IMG/VR virus record: IMGVR_UViG_3300046777_002716
Coordinates: 1-64,000 of that record
From: a virus
Direction: 5' to 3' (one strand)
DNA length: 64,000 bases
The translations under genes were made by a program, and so were the position numbers. Each line of letters starts with the position of its first letter. Position 1 is the first letter of the stretch. Below are positions 42,587 to 53,248 of this stretch, piece by piece. Below the pieces are notes generated by a model. The model had not been told where the DNA came from and did no database searches. It saw only the letters and a list, made by a program, of their open reading frames with translations.

Positions 42587-43251
42587 TCAAAAGTAGAGTC
42601 TGGTTCCATAGCAATGTAATACTGTACATTAGCATTAGTATTTGTGAACTGAGAAAGAAGTTTTTTTGATACTACTACATCGTAAGCACCGGAGATAATT
42701 TTACTGAGATTCTCAACTTTAAAGTTAAATGTAAACTCCTTGTCAGTTTCACCTACAATGATTGAATATTCATTAGAAGTGTCGGTTTTCTTATCCCGAA
42801 CCACCAGTCTAATAACCCCAGCGTCACCGATAGCAGAAATATCAGGAAGTTGATAAACTGCTGCTGCCTTTACTAGTTTTTCTAGAGAACCATTTTCTAG
42901 TTGGAAACATACATCCTGGGAAGGAAGTTGAATTTCTTTTTCTGGTGGTGAAATAATCACATTGGGGTCTGCATAAAAATACTTTACCCTGCGCTTACCT
43001 TCACGAATAGTAATATAGTTATCTTCAGCAAAATCGAGATCAGGATCTTTATGAAGACTCAAACCATTCAAGAACTGGTTTAGATCATAAATTGCAAATT
43101 CCCTAGGAAATAACTCACTAATTTCTGCTTCTGCGAGAATATTCTTAGCAATAGAAATAGTGCGAAGTTTATTACCCTGTTTTACAAGAATTGATTGATT
43201 AATTCCAGCAAAGTTCTTGAGAATGGTAAGAGTGTTATCAGATAGTTTCAT
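42583..43251 (-). CDS. gp45: Sliding clamp (T4 gp45)
   Basis: LKNFAGINQSI, FAIYDLNQFL, YYIAME. Confidence 0.95.
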   Translation of the reverse strand: MKLSDNTLTILKNFAGINQSILVKQGNKLRTISIAKNILAEAEISELFPREFAIYDLNQFLNGLSLHKDPDLDFAEDNYITIREGKRRVKYFYADPNVIISPPEKEIQLPSQDVCFQLENGSLEKLVKAAAVYQLPDISAIGDAGVIRLVVRDKKTDTSNEYSIIVGETDKEFTFNFKVENLSKIISGAYDVVVSKKLLSQFTNTNANVQYYIAMEPDSTFE

Positions 43252-43274
43252 AGTTTCGTATTAAAATTTTATAA

Positions 43275-43754
43275 TCAGCGGAATTCGGTCAGACCATTAT
43301 CTTTGCGCGAATAATGACCATCGAAGTGAAGCAGAAGCATTGCGTAGTGAATCACTTTAAGAAGATCGCGCTTGTTGCGTCCATCCTTATCACCATATCG
43401 AGAACCATACTTAAGGATGTTTGCCTGACAAAAACCAGGAGCAAGGTCTTTTGCTGCCATCAGGTCAATTGTCTGAATGTCATTGTAACTTTCATTGTGA
43501 CCACAGTAGTGACTACCATAAGTACTGGTCACATAGTCCTCAATATCCTTGAGGATTTTGTCTTCGTTGTATTTCCAGAGATGATTTTTAATTTCGCTCA
43601 TTTTAGGATTGTTAATCAAGAATTCTAGATCGCTATGTCCCCAAGGGGTCATACTTTCGTTAACGGTGGTTTTTTCAATGTTAATCTTATCATCACTACC
43701 AATAGAAAATTTGTATACATTGGTAATGTTTCTTTCTTCTTCAGGTCCAAACAT
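43275..43754 (-). CDS. DUF3310-like conserved phage protein
   Basis: STYGSHY...FCQANILKYGSRYGDKDG...DLLKVIHY. Confidence 0.7.
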   Translation of the reverse strand: MFGPEEERNITNVYKFSIGSDDKINIEKTTVNESMTPWGHSDLEFLINNPKMSEIKNHLWKYNEDKILKDIEDYVTSTYGSHYCGHNESYNDIQTIDLMAAKDLAPGFCQANILKYGSRYGDKDGRNKRDLLKVIHYAMLLLHFDGHYSRKDNGLTEFR

Positions 43755-43794
43755 AATTAGGGGAGGAAGTCATAATTAACCTCCCCCAATTATA

Positions 43795-44952
43795 TCAGAA
43801 TGGTTTAGCGAAGTCAACAGGCGTAGTTGCAGGTTCCACCGATTCGGTACTAGGCATCTGGAAATCCACATCCACCTTGTCATACAGTTCCAGGAAGGAC
43901 TGTTTGGTTTCGTCGTCAAAGCGATTCACACAAACCTGAATTGCTTTTGCCTTATCGTTGAAGATACTGTAGGCACGAATGATGTGAACCAGACGACGAG
44001 TGCTGATGATTTCCTCAATACCACCATCGTAGAAGGTCTTGCGGATGATGTCTGCCCAATCAACCAGACGCTTACAGAAGTTGCGGTCTTCTACACCAAG
44101 GTCCAGAGCAACTCCCTCAAGAATCTTCTGTTCCGCAGAAGGGGCAGGATAGGACTGCTCAAAGGTCACAGGGAAACGCTCAAGGAATGCTTCGTTGAGA
44201 ACGTTAGTACCAATGAAACGACCATCATCAGAACCCTTACCCTTAGTGTTTGCGGTGGCAACTACGTTGAAACCAGGGGCAGGTTTCACAAAACGACCGA
44301 TTTTCTTGAGGAACACACCCTTGCCTTCAAGGATGGATTGGAGACACAGAATCTTGTTAGAGGCAAGGTCAATCTCGTCAAGAAGCAGAATAGCACCACG
44401 CTCAAGTGCTTCAATCACGGGACCGTTATGCCAGGCAGTTTCACCATTCACCAGACGGAAACCGCCAATCAGGTCATCCTCATCAGTCTCGATGGTGATG
44501 TTCACACGAATCAGTTCACGCTTCAGTTGAGCACACGCTTGTTCAACAGCGAACGTTTTACCGTTACCCGAAAGACCCGTAATGAACGTAGGATAGAAGA
44601 GACGGGACTGAATAATTTTTTTGATATCGTTAAAATTACCAAACTTGACGAAGGTATCATCTTTTGTAGGGATCAGATTTTGCTCAAAAGCGGGCATAGC
44701 AGGAGGTGCTTGGAAAGTACGCTCAATTTCTTCCACTACGTCCTGGGTCACTTCCAGATTCCAGCGACCACGATTGGTTTTATATTTTTCAAGGCGACGA
44801 GTAACAGTGGGATAAGAAAGGTTGTTAGCAGCACAGAAACCTTTGATATCACCAGAAGTGATTTCAGTACCAAAACTTTGCTTCAGATTATCGATGAGTT
44901 GTTGTTCAGTCATTTTTTGGCGAGGCATAATGAAGGGTGTTGTTGTTTTCAA
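43795..44952 (-). CDS. cobS: CobS/MoxR-like AAA+ ATPase
   Basis: GLSGNGKT, LLDEID, ATANTKGKG, AFLERF, ISTRRL. Confidence 0.9.
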   Translation of the reverse strand: MKTTTPFIMPRQKMTEQQLIDNLKQSFGTEITSGDIKGFCAANNLSYPTVTRRLEKYKTNRGRWNLEVTQDVVEEIERTFQAPPAMPAFEQNLIPTKDDTFVKFGNFNDIKKIIQSRLFYPTFITGLSGNGKTFAVEQACAQLKRELIRVNITIETDEDDLIGGFRLVNGETAWHNGPVIEALERGAILLLDEIDLASNKILCLQSILEGKGVFLKKIGRFVKPAPGFNVVATANTKGKGSDDGRFIGTNVLNEAFLERFPVTFEQSYPAPSAEQKILEGVALDLGVEDRNFCKRLVDWADIIRKTFYDGGIEEIISTRRLVHIIRAYSIFNDKAKAIQVCVNRFDDETKQSFLELYDKVDVDFQMPSTESVEPATTPVDFAKPF

Positions 44953-45016
44953 CTGAAGTAATTATAACAGGATGGTGGGGAGCGGGATGCTCCCCGTGGA
45001 CGGTTTGGAAAGTGGA

Positions 45017-47197
45017 TCAGGCAACCAACTCCACAAATTCCCCAAGAACTTTTTTGTTCATCTTTTTGCCCTTTAGGGATTTCACAAATGCGGATTTGAT
45101 TTGAGATTTGCTTGCATCATCAGATACAGAGAATTCTGCATCATTAGACAAAGCACTTGCGGAAATACCAAAGTAGGTATGATACCCAGAACTCTTGATG
45201 GAGAAAGTCTTCTCTTTCCTCCAAGAGTTCATTACACGGTCATAGTCATCACCATAATATCCACAATAACGGCGAATGAAACTACCAGAATCACGAGACT
45301 CCAGAACTCGCATACCGATAAAGTTCACGGTAGGAAACTTATCGCGGAGATTGCGGAGAAGAACATCAGTAAAACCGTGATACTCACAGTCCAGAGAGTA
45401 GGTGTTTCCAGTCTTTCGGTCACGGAGGAATGTGGTTGATGGGTTGTAGTGAACCGTACCGATATAAGGTTCCTTCTCCCAACGTCGTTGGACTTCCTTG
45501 TGAACCTTTAGTTGTGATGCCTCACCATCGGTAAGAACCACACACTGAACCTTCTGGAGTTTATTCTCCTTCTGGAATTGTGGAAGAATTTCGTGAAGAG
45601 TAATCAGTGCTTCATTCAGAGGAGTGCCAGAAAGACTCCACCCAATAGGAACACTATAACGCACCCTGTATTGGGCATTATACCCAAAACACTTAGCAAT
45701 ACGATACATATTCATCATCTGTTTTTCAAGGGTCGAACTGTTCACTTTGCTGGTGAGCATATTCATCATAGAGAACCAGGGACCAACCTCCAGAAGACCA
45801 TCTTTCTTCACATAGTAATCTTCGGGCATAATTGCCTTACCGTTTTCATCATAACGAACACGGGGATAATCTGTGGTGAATGCATAAACCTCAAAAGGAA
45901 TACTGACTTTCTTACAGAACCAAATAAGGTTGAAGAGTTGCTTGATGGTATCAAGCATCACATCCTGCATAGAACCAGACCAGTCAAGAATAAAGATAAG
46001 ACCGTGATTCTTACCGTTGGCAAGAGTGGTTACTTTCTTGAAAAGGTCTTCATTGTACTTATAGGTATGAAGTTTGGAGCAATCAAGAATACCAGTACGG
46101 GCAGTAGAAGCACGGGCATAAGAGTCTGCTGCCTTACGGCACTCAAACTCTTTCACCAGATAGTTCACTTCCTTCTGGGCAGAACGCTTGAATTCTCGGT
46201 ACTCTTTATCAACCTCACCAAAGATTTCATCCTTACTATACCCACATCCTTCAAGATAGGATGCCCAAGAATCATCACATGCTTTGTGAATCTCGGTATT
46301 TGAATTGATTACTCGGTTCAGATTCACCTTAGGAATCTCAACATAAGTATTCTCATATCCATTACTATTCATAAGTTCCTTGAGTGCTTCCTCAAGGGAC
46401 TTGACAGTTTTTACATCGGGTTCTTCTGGTTCAGAAGGTCCACCATTAGTAACAGAATCCTGAAGGTCTGAGGGTTTCTTCTGATTGCTACTTTCACCAG
46501 AATTATCTGGGGTAGATTTTTCGTTACCCTGACTCTCATCCTGGTCATTCTCACCTTCCTCCTGGTCTGCAAAATCGGATGCAGAAGAACTACCAGAACC
46601 ACTAGTTTGGTTCTCGTGAGAATCCCAATCAATCTTGGTTTGTTCTTCCTTTTTGTTCTTACAATACTTGTAGAGAACTTCTGCAGCATCTAGGGCATCT
46701 GCAAAAGTTTCGGTTGCAGCAATTTGGTCAATAATTTCCCGCTCCTCATCGGTGAATTGGAGATTCAGATGAGTACCAATTTTGAAATATAGGTTTGCAC
46801 GGTCGGCAAGATTATAGGTGTTCAGGTCATCATCACCAATCTGGAAGAAATCCTGTTCAGCAAGTTCTTTGTAACCACCAAAGAAAGTCTTACCCAGACC
46901 AGCATAACGACGCTTCATCAGACGCTCAATACGAGCATCCTCAACCACATTGACGAACTGAGGAGGAATCTTACGCTCCTTCAACCAATCCTCATCGGGA
47001 GTGTAAAGTGCGTGACCCACTTCGTGACCCACCAGAAGGTCATACACGGTCCCACTCGCCTTCTCCCACATAGGAAGAGTCAGAACGCGAGTATGGACGT
47101 TGAAGCAGGCAGTCTGAACCTTCTTATGCTCAACCACAAGGTCTTCAGTGGCAAGCAGTTTTGCGAGTTGAGACTTGATTTCGTGATTGACGGGCAT
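45017..47197 (-). CDS. Metallopeptidase-like plus vWA domain protein (CobT-like partner of the AAA ATPase)
   Basis: HEVGH, NVVEDARIE, LDWSGSM (MIDAS), GTPL, LTDGE; early promoter motif upstream. Confidence 0.85.
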   Translation of the reverse strand: MPVNHEIKSQLAKLLATEDLVVEHKKVQTACFNVHTRVLTLPMWEKASGTVYDLLVGHEVGHALYTPDEDWLKERKIPPQFVNVVEDARIERLMKRRYAGLGKTFFGGYKELAEQDFFQIGDDDLNTYNLADRANLYFKIGTHLNLQFTDEEREIIDQIAATETFADALDAAEVLYKYCKNKKEEQTKIDWDSHENQTSGSGSSSASDFADQEEGENDQDESQGNEKSTPDNSGESSNQKKPSDLQDSVTNGGPSEPEEPDVKTVKSLEEALKELMNSNGYENTYVEIPKVNLNRVINSNTEIHKACDDSWASYLEGCGYSKDEIFGEVDKEYREFKRSAQKEVNYLVKEFECRKAADSYARASTARTGILDCSKLHTYKYNEDLFKKVTTLANGKNHGLIFILDWSGSMQDVMLDTIKQLFNLIWFCKKVSIPFEVYAFTTDYPRVRYDENGKAIMPEDYYVKKDGLLEVGPWFSMMNMLTSKVNSSTLEKQMMNMYRIAKCFGYNAQYRVRYSVPIGWSLSGTPLNEALITLHEILPQFQKENKLQKVQCVVLTDGEASQLKVHKEVQRRWEKEPYIGTVHYNPSTTFLRDRKTGNTYSLDCEYHGFTDVLLRNLRDKFPTVNFIGMRVLESRDSGSFIRRYCGYYGDDYDRVMNSWRKEKTFSIKSSGYHTYFGISASALSNDAEFSVSDDASKSQIKSAFVKSLKGKKMNKKVLGEFVELVA

Positions 47198-47279
47198 TTG
47201 TTTTTCTCAGTTGCCACTATCATACAAAAAAAGAGGGTGGTTAGACCCTCTCTTGTGCCAGTTTGGAAAGTGGTTCAAA

Positions 47280-48977
47280 TCAATCAAGTTTGTCCAGATT
47301 TGTTTCAAAGATATTATTAATCCAATTACCACCCATTGCATCCATAATTGCCTCTGCAGACTTTTTATCAGAAGCAAAACCTTCACTTAAAAGATAATCA
47401 GTAATTAGATTTTCTGCCATTTTTGTAGTATATTCTTTACCAGCATATTTAAATGTCTTATCTCCACGCTTTCTATAAAATCTAAATGCATCCTCAAATG
47501 TAGATCCAATTTTAGCAGGACCTACTTTTGCACGACTACGAATCCTACCGCTAGGATCCATTGTGTTGTATACATTAGTTTTTATATTCTTTGGTTTTTC
47601 CTCTTTTGGTTCCTGTGATCCAGCAATTCCAGCACCAACGAGACCTGCTCCTGCTGCAATAGGTCCAATTTTACTACCTTTTGGTTTTTTAATTGGAGGT
47701 TCTTTACCAGTTGTAGCATACTTTTCCATTCCTGGATATCTCATATTACCACCTTTTTCCGCAGGTGATAAAGTTGCCCTTACAGTGTGTGTTAAACCAC
47801 TACCAGTTCCACCTTTTCCAGTTGAAGGTTCGGAGGATTTTTTATTCTTTTTAGTGGATGATGTTGAAGAACTGCCAGGAGGTAAAGCAATATCTCTTTG
47901 TGCTTGTCCAGGAAGTTGTTGTGGTTTAGGTGCAGTTGCTCCTTTATTCAATTCTGGTTTTGGTGATTTAGCAGTAGGAACTAATTTTCCTCCAGGTTGT
48001 GCAGGTGTTGGAGATGATTTAGGAAGTGCCTCAGGTTTGAATGTAGGTTTGGATGATGTTTTTCCTGCAGATGGGAGTGCTTTAGGAGTTGGAGAACCTG
48101 GTAATACTCTATTTGGAAGTTTACTAGAAGGACCTTCTTTTGGAAGACCACGTTGTGCTTGAGGTTTTTTAGGGAATTGCTTCCAAGGATCTGCTGCAGA
48201 ACCTTTTGGCATTCTTCCCGCTGTCTTAGAAACTGTCTTAGAGACTGTAGGTGCAGATTTTTGCCCAACATTACCAACAGTTCTAACGATTGGTTGTGAG
48301 AACTGTTTTAAAACGTTGGTTGCCGGTTTTAGTCCAGCCATGTGTCCCATTCCCAATGCCAATGTTGTTGCTAGTGTATCAGTTACACCTCTTTTTGCAA
48401 CATAAGAAGGGGTCATTCCTCCAGATTTTGGAGTTGATGGTTTTGGTGAAGATGCTGCTTGAGATGCTTTTTTCTGAGCAAGCATATCAGCATACTTATT
48501 CGCTCTTTCTGGTGCGGGTGGTTTTCTTTCTGCTCTCGCTTGTCTAATTGCTCTAGTTTGGGTTTCAAATGCTGGTTTGTTAACCTTACTTAACTGTTTT
48601 CCGGTAGAACTAAATCCACCTGGGGTATAACCTTGCTTAACTAGAGTTTTTGCAGGTAGTCCTCTAACTGCAGGTGTTGCTTTCTTAAGAAGACCACCAG
48701 CAGCTTTTAATCCTGCCTTAACTAAAGATAATTTTACTTCAGTAATATATGATTCTTCTAGCAACTGTTCTTCATCATAATATTCCAATACATCTTCAAC
48801 AAATGTTAGTGCAAGATCATTCTCAATAATTAGATCTGCAAAATACTCAGATTCTTCTACAGATTCAAAAATATTATTACTATCACAGAAATTTACAATA
48901 TCTACGAAAAGAGATTCTTCTACATTATAAACATTATTATATGCTTCTTGGAGATCCCTAAGGTGAAATGCTTCCAT
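47280..48977 (-). CDS. Putative internal virion protein (acidic termini, Pro/Lys-rich core)
   Basis: DLQEAYNNVY start and DYLLSEGFASDKKSAEAIMDAM end shared with 15784-19631; TATAAATA promoter. Confidence 0.6.
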   Translation of the reverse strand: MEAFHLRDLQEAYNNVYNVEESLFVDIVNFCDSNNIFESVEESEYFADLIIENDLALTFVEDVLEYYDEEQLLEESYITEVKLSLVKAGLKAAGGLLKKATPAVRGLPAKTLVKQGYTPGGFSSTGKQLSKVNKPAFETQTRAIRQARAERKPPAPERANKYADMLAQKKASQAASSPKPSTPKSGGMTPSYVAKRGVTDTLATTLALGMGHMAGLKPATNVLKQFSQPIVRTVGNVGQKSAPTVSKTVSKTAGRMPKGSAADPWKQFPKKPQAQRGLPKEGPSSKLPNRVLPGSPTPKALPSAGKTSSKPTFKPEALPKSSPTPAQPGGKLVPTAKSPKPELNKGATAPKPQQLPGQAQRDIALPPGSSSTSSTKKNKKSSEPSTGKGGTGSGLTHTVRATLSPAEKGGNMRYPGMEKYATTGKEPPIKKPKGSKIGPIAAGAGLVGAGIAGSQEPKEEKPKNIKTNVYNTMDPSGRIRSRAKVGPAKIGSTFEDAFRFYRKRGDKTFKYAGKEYTTKMAENLITDYLLSEGFASDKKSAEAIMDAMGGNWINNIFETNLDKLD

Positions 48978-49002
48978 TTTTTAAAAATAATTTTTTAGTT
49001 AT

Positions 49003-49140
49003 TTATAAAAAAGAAGCACCCCTTTCGGAGTGCTTTTTCTTGAGTGCTTGGCGTCGTGCCTTTGCTTGTCGGAGTGCTTGCGGTTTGAGTTTTCGCTTCT
49101 GCTCTTTTTTAGAATGGTGATAGCGGTTAGGGACTATCAT
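49003..49140 (-). CDS. Small basic peptide (45 aa, ...QKRKLKPQALRQAKARRQALKKK...)
   Basis: TTGACA-17-TATAAT promoter upstream; ends within a GAAA-loop terminator. Confidence 0.55.
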   Translation of the reverse strand: MIVPNRYHHSKKEQKRKLKPQALRQAKARRQALKKKHSERGASFL

Positions 49141-49179
49141 AATTTTGATGTAGTAGAGGAAATCTATTATAGAATAACA

Positions 49180-49593
49180 CTATTTATTTGTCAAGTGTCC
49201 ATAATATCCCATTTTTTTCATTAAAGCAACCGCTTCATCATACTTATCAGGTTTCACTGCTATGTAAAGATGTTTTCCAATTTTATCCCTATTATTATCA
49301 GATACACTTCCTATCTGCAGATGGTTTGGATTTACACAAAGTTTATTATCACATATATGTCTAATAACTTTTCCCTTTGGAATAATTCCTTTATGAAGTT
49401 CATAAGATACTCTGTGTGCCTTTTTTTGTTTATAATTATCTCGTATTACTCCATATTTTTTATTAACAACTCCACAGATAGTTCCAGTCCATTCCCAACA
49501 ATCATCACCTTTTTTTACATTTTTCCAAAACCTTTCTTCTAAAGTTCCCTGATAGTTTCCACCAACGTGATTATTATGAACTCCTTTAGGCAT
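49180..49593 (-). CDS. Free-standing HNH homing endonuclease
   Basis: CWEWTG..YG..AHRVSY..RHICDNKLCVNPNHL..N. Confidence 0.9.
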   Translation of the reverse strand: MPKGVHNNHVGGNYQGTLEERFWKNVKKGDDCWEWTGTICGVVNKKYGVIRDNYKQKKAHRVSYELHKGIIPKGKVIRHICDNKLCVNPNHLQIGSVSDNNRDKIGKHLYIAVKPDKYDEAVALMKKMGYYGHLTNK

Positions 49594-49645
49594 TTTTTAG
49601 TAGCAGTTATACTTATTTATAAAAATAACACTTCTACTAAAAATA

Positions 49646-51361
49646 TTACAATTCAGTTTTATAGGAAAAACCAGATTTTTTTTCAAATTTTACTGTGCGA
49701 TCAAATTTATCCTGAAGATCTGATTTATGAGAAATTACAAATACATTAGTATCTTTAACAACATATCTAATAATTTTTAAGAATTCATCTGCACCAAATC
49801 CATCAAGTGATCCATCAAAAACTTCATCAAATATAAGGATATTGCAATTTACGGAATTTTTGACTCTCGCCACTTCACGCCAAGCAAACAACAAACTCAA
49901 ATCAATTCTTGCTTTTTCACCTTCACTGAAAGAACTATAAGAAAAGTCTTCGTGAATGGGTGATTTTACAGTCTCGTTGAATTCTTCATCTAGGTGGAAA
50001 TTGATATAAAAATCCATCATTTGAAGATAACGATTTACCTGCTGATTTATGAACGGAAGATACTTTTTGATAATCTTCGTTTTTACACCATCATCCTTGA
50101 GTAGGGAATAGGCAAAATCGTAATAGACGATTTCTTCTTTTTTCTTTGAGAGGTCTTCTATTGTATTCTGGAGATTTGTTTTAAATTCCTCTAACTTGTC
50201 GTGCTCAATATTTCTATTTTCAAGTTGTTCGGCAATAGTTTGAATTTCAGATTCAAGATCTCGAATTTGTCTTTGGTTGAGTGAAATCCGAGTATTGTTT
50301 TGAGAAATCTCATGATTGAGTTTAGTAATCTCCTTAGATATTTCTAGAAATTGACGCTCTCGTTCTTGTTCTAATTTTATAGTCTCCTCAAGTTCTTGAA
50401 AACCTTTTTGGAGTTCCTTTGCCTTATTTTGAGCGTCGGCAATTCTATCTAGGCGAAATCTTTCATCAATGTCTTGAGTACAGGTTGGGCAAACCGTATT
50501 TTCGTTAAAAAACTTATGCTCTTTAGTAATGACAGATACTTTCTGAGATAATTTACCCCTGAGATTATTAAGTTTTACTAACTTTTCTCCAGCACCAATA
50601 AGATCCTCTTGTAGTTGAGACTTATTAGAAATTTCTACCTCTACTTCTGAGTTATGAGACATATGCTCACTAATCTCATCAGTCAACTTTAAAATTTTCT
50701 TCTTATTCGCTTTTATATTAGCGTTTCCACGATTCTCAAGTTCCTCAATAAAGTTCTCTTGCATTCTCATTTTTTCTTTGAGATTTTCCCTAAGAACTTC
50801 AAGAGATTTGATTTGGTCTTTTTGAGATCTGATCTTATCCTTTACTAAGGAATTCATCGCAGAAAAAATGCGAATATCCAAGAGATCTTCAATTACTTCT
50901 CTGCGATTTGCAGTTGTCAACTGCATAAATGGAACGAAGGTACTGGAACCAAGAATTACAATTTGAGTAAAGGACTTATAATTTACCTTTAGAATACTTT
51001 CCTCAAGAATCTTTTGATTGGCGCGATCATCCGCTTCTTTATGAAGGAGAGAACCATTAACTTCGATGTCGAAAACATTTGGTTTAATGCCACGACGAAC
51101 AAGATACTCTCTACTGTTGATAGAAAATTCAATCTCAACGAGACAATCCTTTTCATTTGTCGTATTTACTAATTGGGGTTTATTGATTTTGCGGAAAGGT
51201 TTATTGAATAGTACAAATGTAAGAGCATCAAGAACTGTAGATTTACCTGCACCGTTTGTTCCTATGATTAAATTTGTCTGATTTTTCTGAAAATCAATTT
51301 CCGTCCAATTGTTTCCCGTACTTAGAAAATTTTTCCATCGAATTTTTTTAAATGTTATCAT
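49646..51361 (-). CDS. gp46: Recombination endonuclease ATPase subunit (T4 gp46, SbcC-like)
   Basis: GTNGAGKS, CPTC hook, FSEGEK, DEVFD, ISH. Confidence 0.96.
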   Translation of the reverse strand: MITFKKIRWKNFLSTGNNWTEIDFQKNQTNLIIGTNGAGKSTVLDALTFVLFNKPFRKINKPQLVNTTNEKDCLVEIEFSINSREYLVRRGIKPNVFDIEVNGSLLHKEADDRANQKILEESILKVNYKSFTQIVILGSSTFVPFMQLTTANRREVIEDLLDIRIFSAMNSLVKDKIRSQKDQIKSLEVLRENLKEKMRMQENFIEELENRGNANIKANKKKILKLTDEISEHMSHNSEVEVEISNKSQLQEDLIGAGEKLVKLNNLRGKLSQKVSVITKEHKFFNENTVCPTCTQDIDERFRLDRIADAQNKAKELQKGFQELEETIKLEQERERQFLEISKEITKLNHEISQNNTRISLNQRQIRDLESEIQTIAEQLENRNIEHDKLEEFKTNLQNTIEDLSKKKEEIVYYDFAYSLLKDDGVKTKIIKKYLPFINQQVNRYLQMMDFYINFHLDEEFNETVKSPIHEDFSYSSFSEGEKARIDLSLLFAWREVARVKNSVNCNILIFDEVFDGSLDGFGADEFLKIIRYVVKDTNVFVISHKSDLQDKFDRTVKFEKKSGFSYKTEL

Positions 51362-51614
51362 TTTTGGGAGGAATTACGATATCGTCTGGTGTAATCACGG
51401 CATACTTGTAATTATACAGTTTACAAGTCTTTATGGCAAGTTCATCATCAACTTCAACCACATCCATTTCTTGGTCTTCCTGTTCTTCAACCATTTGGGC
51501 ATATCTAATGGCATCATCCTCCTCTTCAAAAAGAAATAATACCTTATGCCCATATTGATCTTGAACGGCATAGGCACCGTCATCTTTTCTATCTTTAAGA
51601 GTGAGAAGAAACAT
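51348..51614 (-). CDS. Conserved cyanophage hypothetical protein
   Basis: LFLFEEEDDAIRYA; lies between gp47 and gp46. Confidence 0.75.
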   Translation of the reverse strand: MFLLTLKDRKDDGAYAVQDQYGHKVLFLFEEEDDAIRYAQMVEEQEDQEMDVVEVDDELAIKTCKLYNYKYAVITPDDIVIPPKNDNI

Positions 51615-51615
51615 T

Positions 51616-52650
51616 TTATTCTACTTCGCAAGCTTGTTGATATAAATCTTTGAAAATTCCTTTGATAATATTTTTATCATAATTAAATTCAGACTCTTCA
51701 ATATAGCGATTCAATATTGAAAGGGTGTTTTCGTCCTCATCTACTACAAAATCTTCACTTTCCTGGATATCAAAATTCTCTACGATTTTGAGTTCATGAA
51801 CTCCAGAATTGTATAGTTTATCAATAAACTTTTCAAAATCTTTAGGATTTGATTTTTTTCTAACAATAACTTTTACAATTTTGTTCTCGTATTCTGAAGT
51901 ATTGAAAAGTTTGTGGTTGGTATCCTCATAATAGATGTTATGGAATAATTTATAAGGATTATCAATTGGGGTGTGTTCTAGGGTTTCAGTATCAAAGATG
52001 TGAAATCCACGAGTATCATTCACATCATTCCAATACATTTCATATGGATTACCTAGGTAGAAGACCGTTCCATTGTCTGATCTAGTGTGATAGTGTCCCG
52101 AGTAGACACGCTCGAACTTCTCAAATAATTCGCTACCCAAACCATGCTCCATGACGAGGTTTTTATTAACTCTAAATCCATGGAGTTCAAGGTGCCCCAT
52201 CGCACACTTGCAAGATGTCTTTTGAATAAGTTTGAGAGTTTTTTCCTCATTTTGTTGATTAATCCAGGGTAAGAATAGAATACTGAGTCCTTTTATATTA
52301 ACTTCTGTTGGTTCGCTATAAGTTCTAATATTAGAATAAGTTTGGAGAAGAAGTTCTGGAGAATTTACATTATTGGTATTCTTGTAATAAGTGTCATGAT
52401 TGCCAATAATCATATGAACTTCATATTTTTTGAGTGGATCAAATACTACACGCTTTGCCCACTCAAGACTTTGATAATCAATTGATTTGCGACTATCAAA
52501 AGCATCTCCCATATGAATTACTGCTTCCACTCCGTACTCTTCCAATTTGGGGAAAAAAACATTTTTATAAAAAAGTTCAAAGTAATCGTGAAGATGTTTT
52601 GAACCTTTTTTCGCACCGTAATGGGTGTCACAAATTAAACCCACCTTCAC
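51616..52650 (-). CDS. gp47: Recombination endonuclease subunit (T4 gp47, SbcD-like)
   Basis: DTHYG, GDAFDSR, GNHD, SGHYH. Confidence 0.96.
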   Translation of the reverse strand: MKVGLICDTHYGAKKGSKHLHDYFELFYKNVFFPKLEEYGVEAVIHMGDAFDSRKSIDYQSLEWAKRVVFDPLKKYEVHMIIGNHDTYYKNTNNVNSPELLLQTYSNIRTYSEPTEVNIKGLSILFLPWINQQNEEKTLKLIQKTSCKCAMGHLELHGFRVNKNLVMEHGLGSELFEKFERVYSGHYHTRSDNGTVFYLGNPYEMYWNDVNDTRGFHIFDTETLEHTPIDNPYKLFHNIYYEDTNHKLFNTSEYENKIVKVIVRKKSNPKDFEKFIDKLYNSGVHELKIVENFDIQESEDFVVDEDENTLSILNRYIEESEFNYDKNIIKGIFKDLYQQACEVE

Positions 52651-53207
52651 TTTTGCTGCCTCCTACTATTTTCTTTTGCAGTTTTCATAAGATGCTCTTC
52701 ATGAGTAATGATTTGGAGATTATCTGGGTGATGTAGTCCACCCTCAAACAACGGAATGATATGGTCTACATCATACTGCACTCCAGTGGTAAAAGTCAAG
52801 TGCTGTGCTTCTTGATATATTTCTTGTATTTCTCTCAATTCATTTTCAGTAATTTCAATTGGAATACCTTGTTTCAATCTAGCATGTCTTCTTCTTTGTT
52901 TTTCACAACCTACTGCTTTACCTCTTTCAGATTTAGCATATTTTCTTTTGATAGAATTAACTAATTCTCTATTATTTTCACAATATTGTTGTTTCTTTTC
53001 TTTCGTCCTATAAGGTTTCATCAACTTTTCATTATTAAGTTTTTCTAAACCTTTCAATATAGCACAAGGAGCGCAATTATAACTACTAACATATTTTTCA
53101 TAACTGCCACAATATTTACAAGCGGTGGAACCGATATAAGTTTTTTTACCTTCTGCTATTGCTTGCAATCTATTTTGTCTTCCAACACCACTATATTGAT
53201 TAGGCAT
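52647..53207 (-). CDS. Free-standing HNH homing endonuclease
   Basis: CKYCG..CAPC; VDHIIPL..GGLHHPDNLQII..H. Confidence 0.88.
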   Translation of the reverse strand: MPNQYSGVGRQNRLQAIAEGKKTYIGSTACKYCGSYEKYVSSYNCAPCAILKGLEKLNNEKLMKPYRTKEKKQQYCENNRELVNSIKRKYAKSERGKAVGCEKQRRRHARLKQGIPIEITENELREIQEIYQEAQHLTFTTGVQYDVDHIIPLFEGGLHHPDNLQIITHEEHLMKTAKENSRRQQK

Positions 53208-53248
53208 ATTGCTCCAAAATGTTATTGCTATTTATACATTATGGTGCT

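Noticed and set aside
43984-44961. 325-aa plus-strand ORF (also 45578-46303, 6613-7215, 23571-24107 and 47563-48162)
   Set aside because: These are antisense shadows of codon-biased minus-strand genes, with no recognisable motifs or expression signals.
43795-47197. cobS/vWA pair as a cobalamin biosynthesis module
   Set aside because: There is no cobN or other cob gene; MoxR-type AAA plus vWA pairs are general chaperone-like modules common in T4-like phages.
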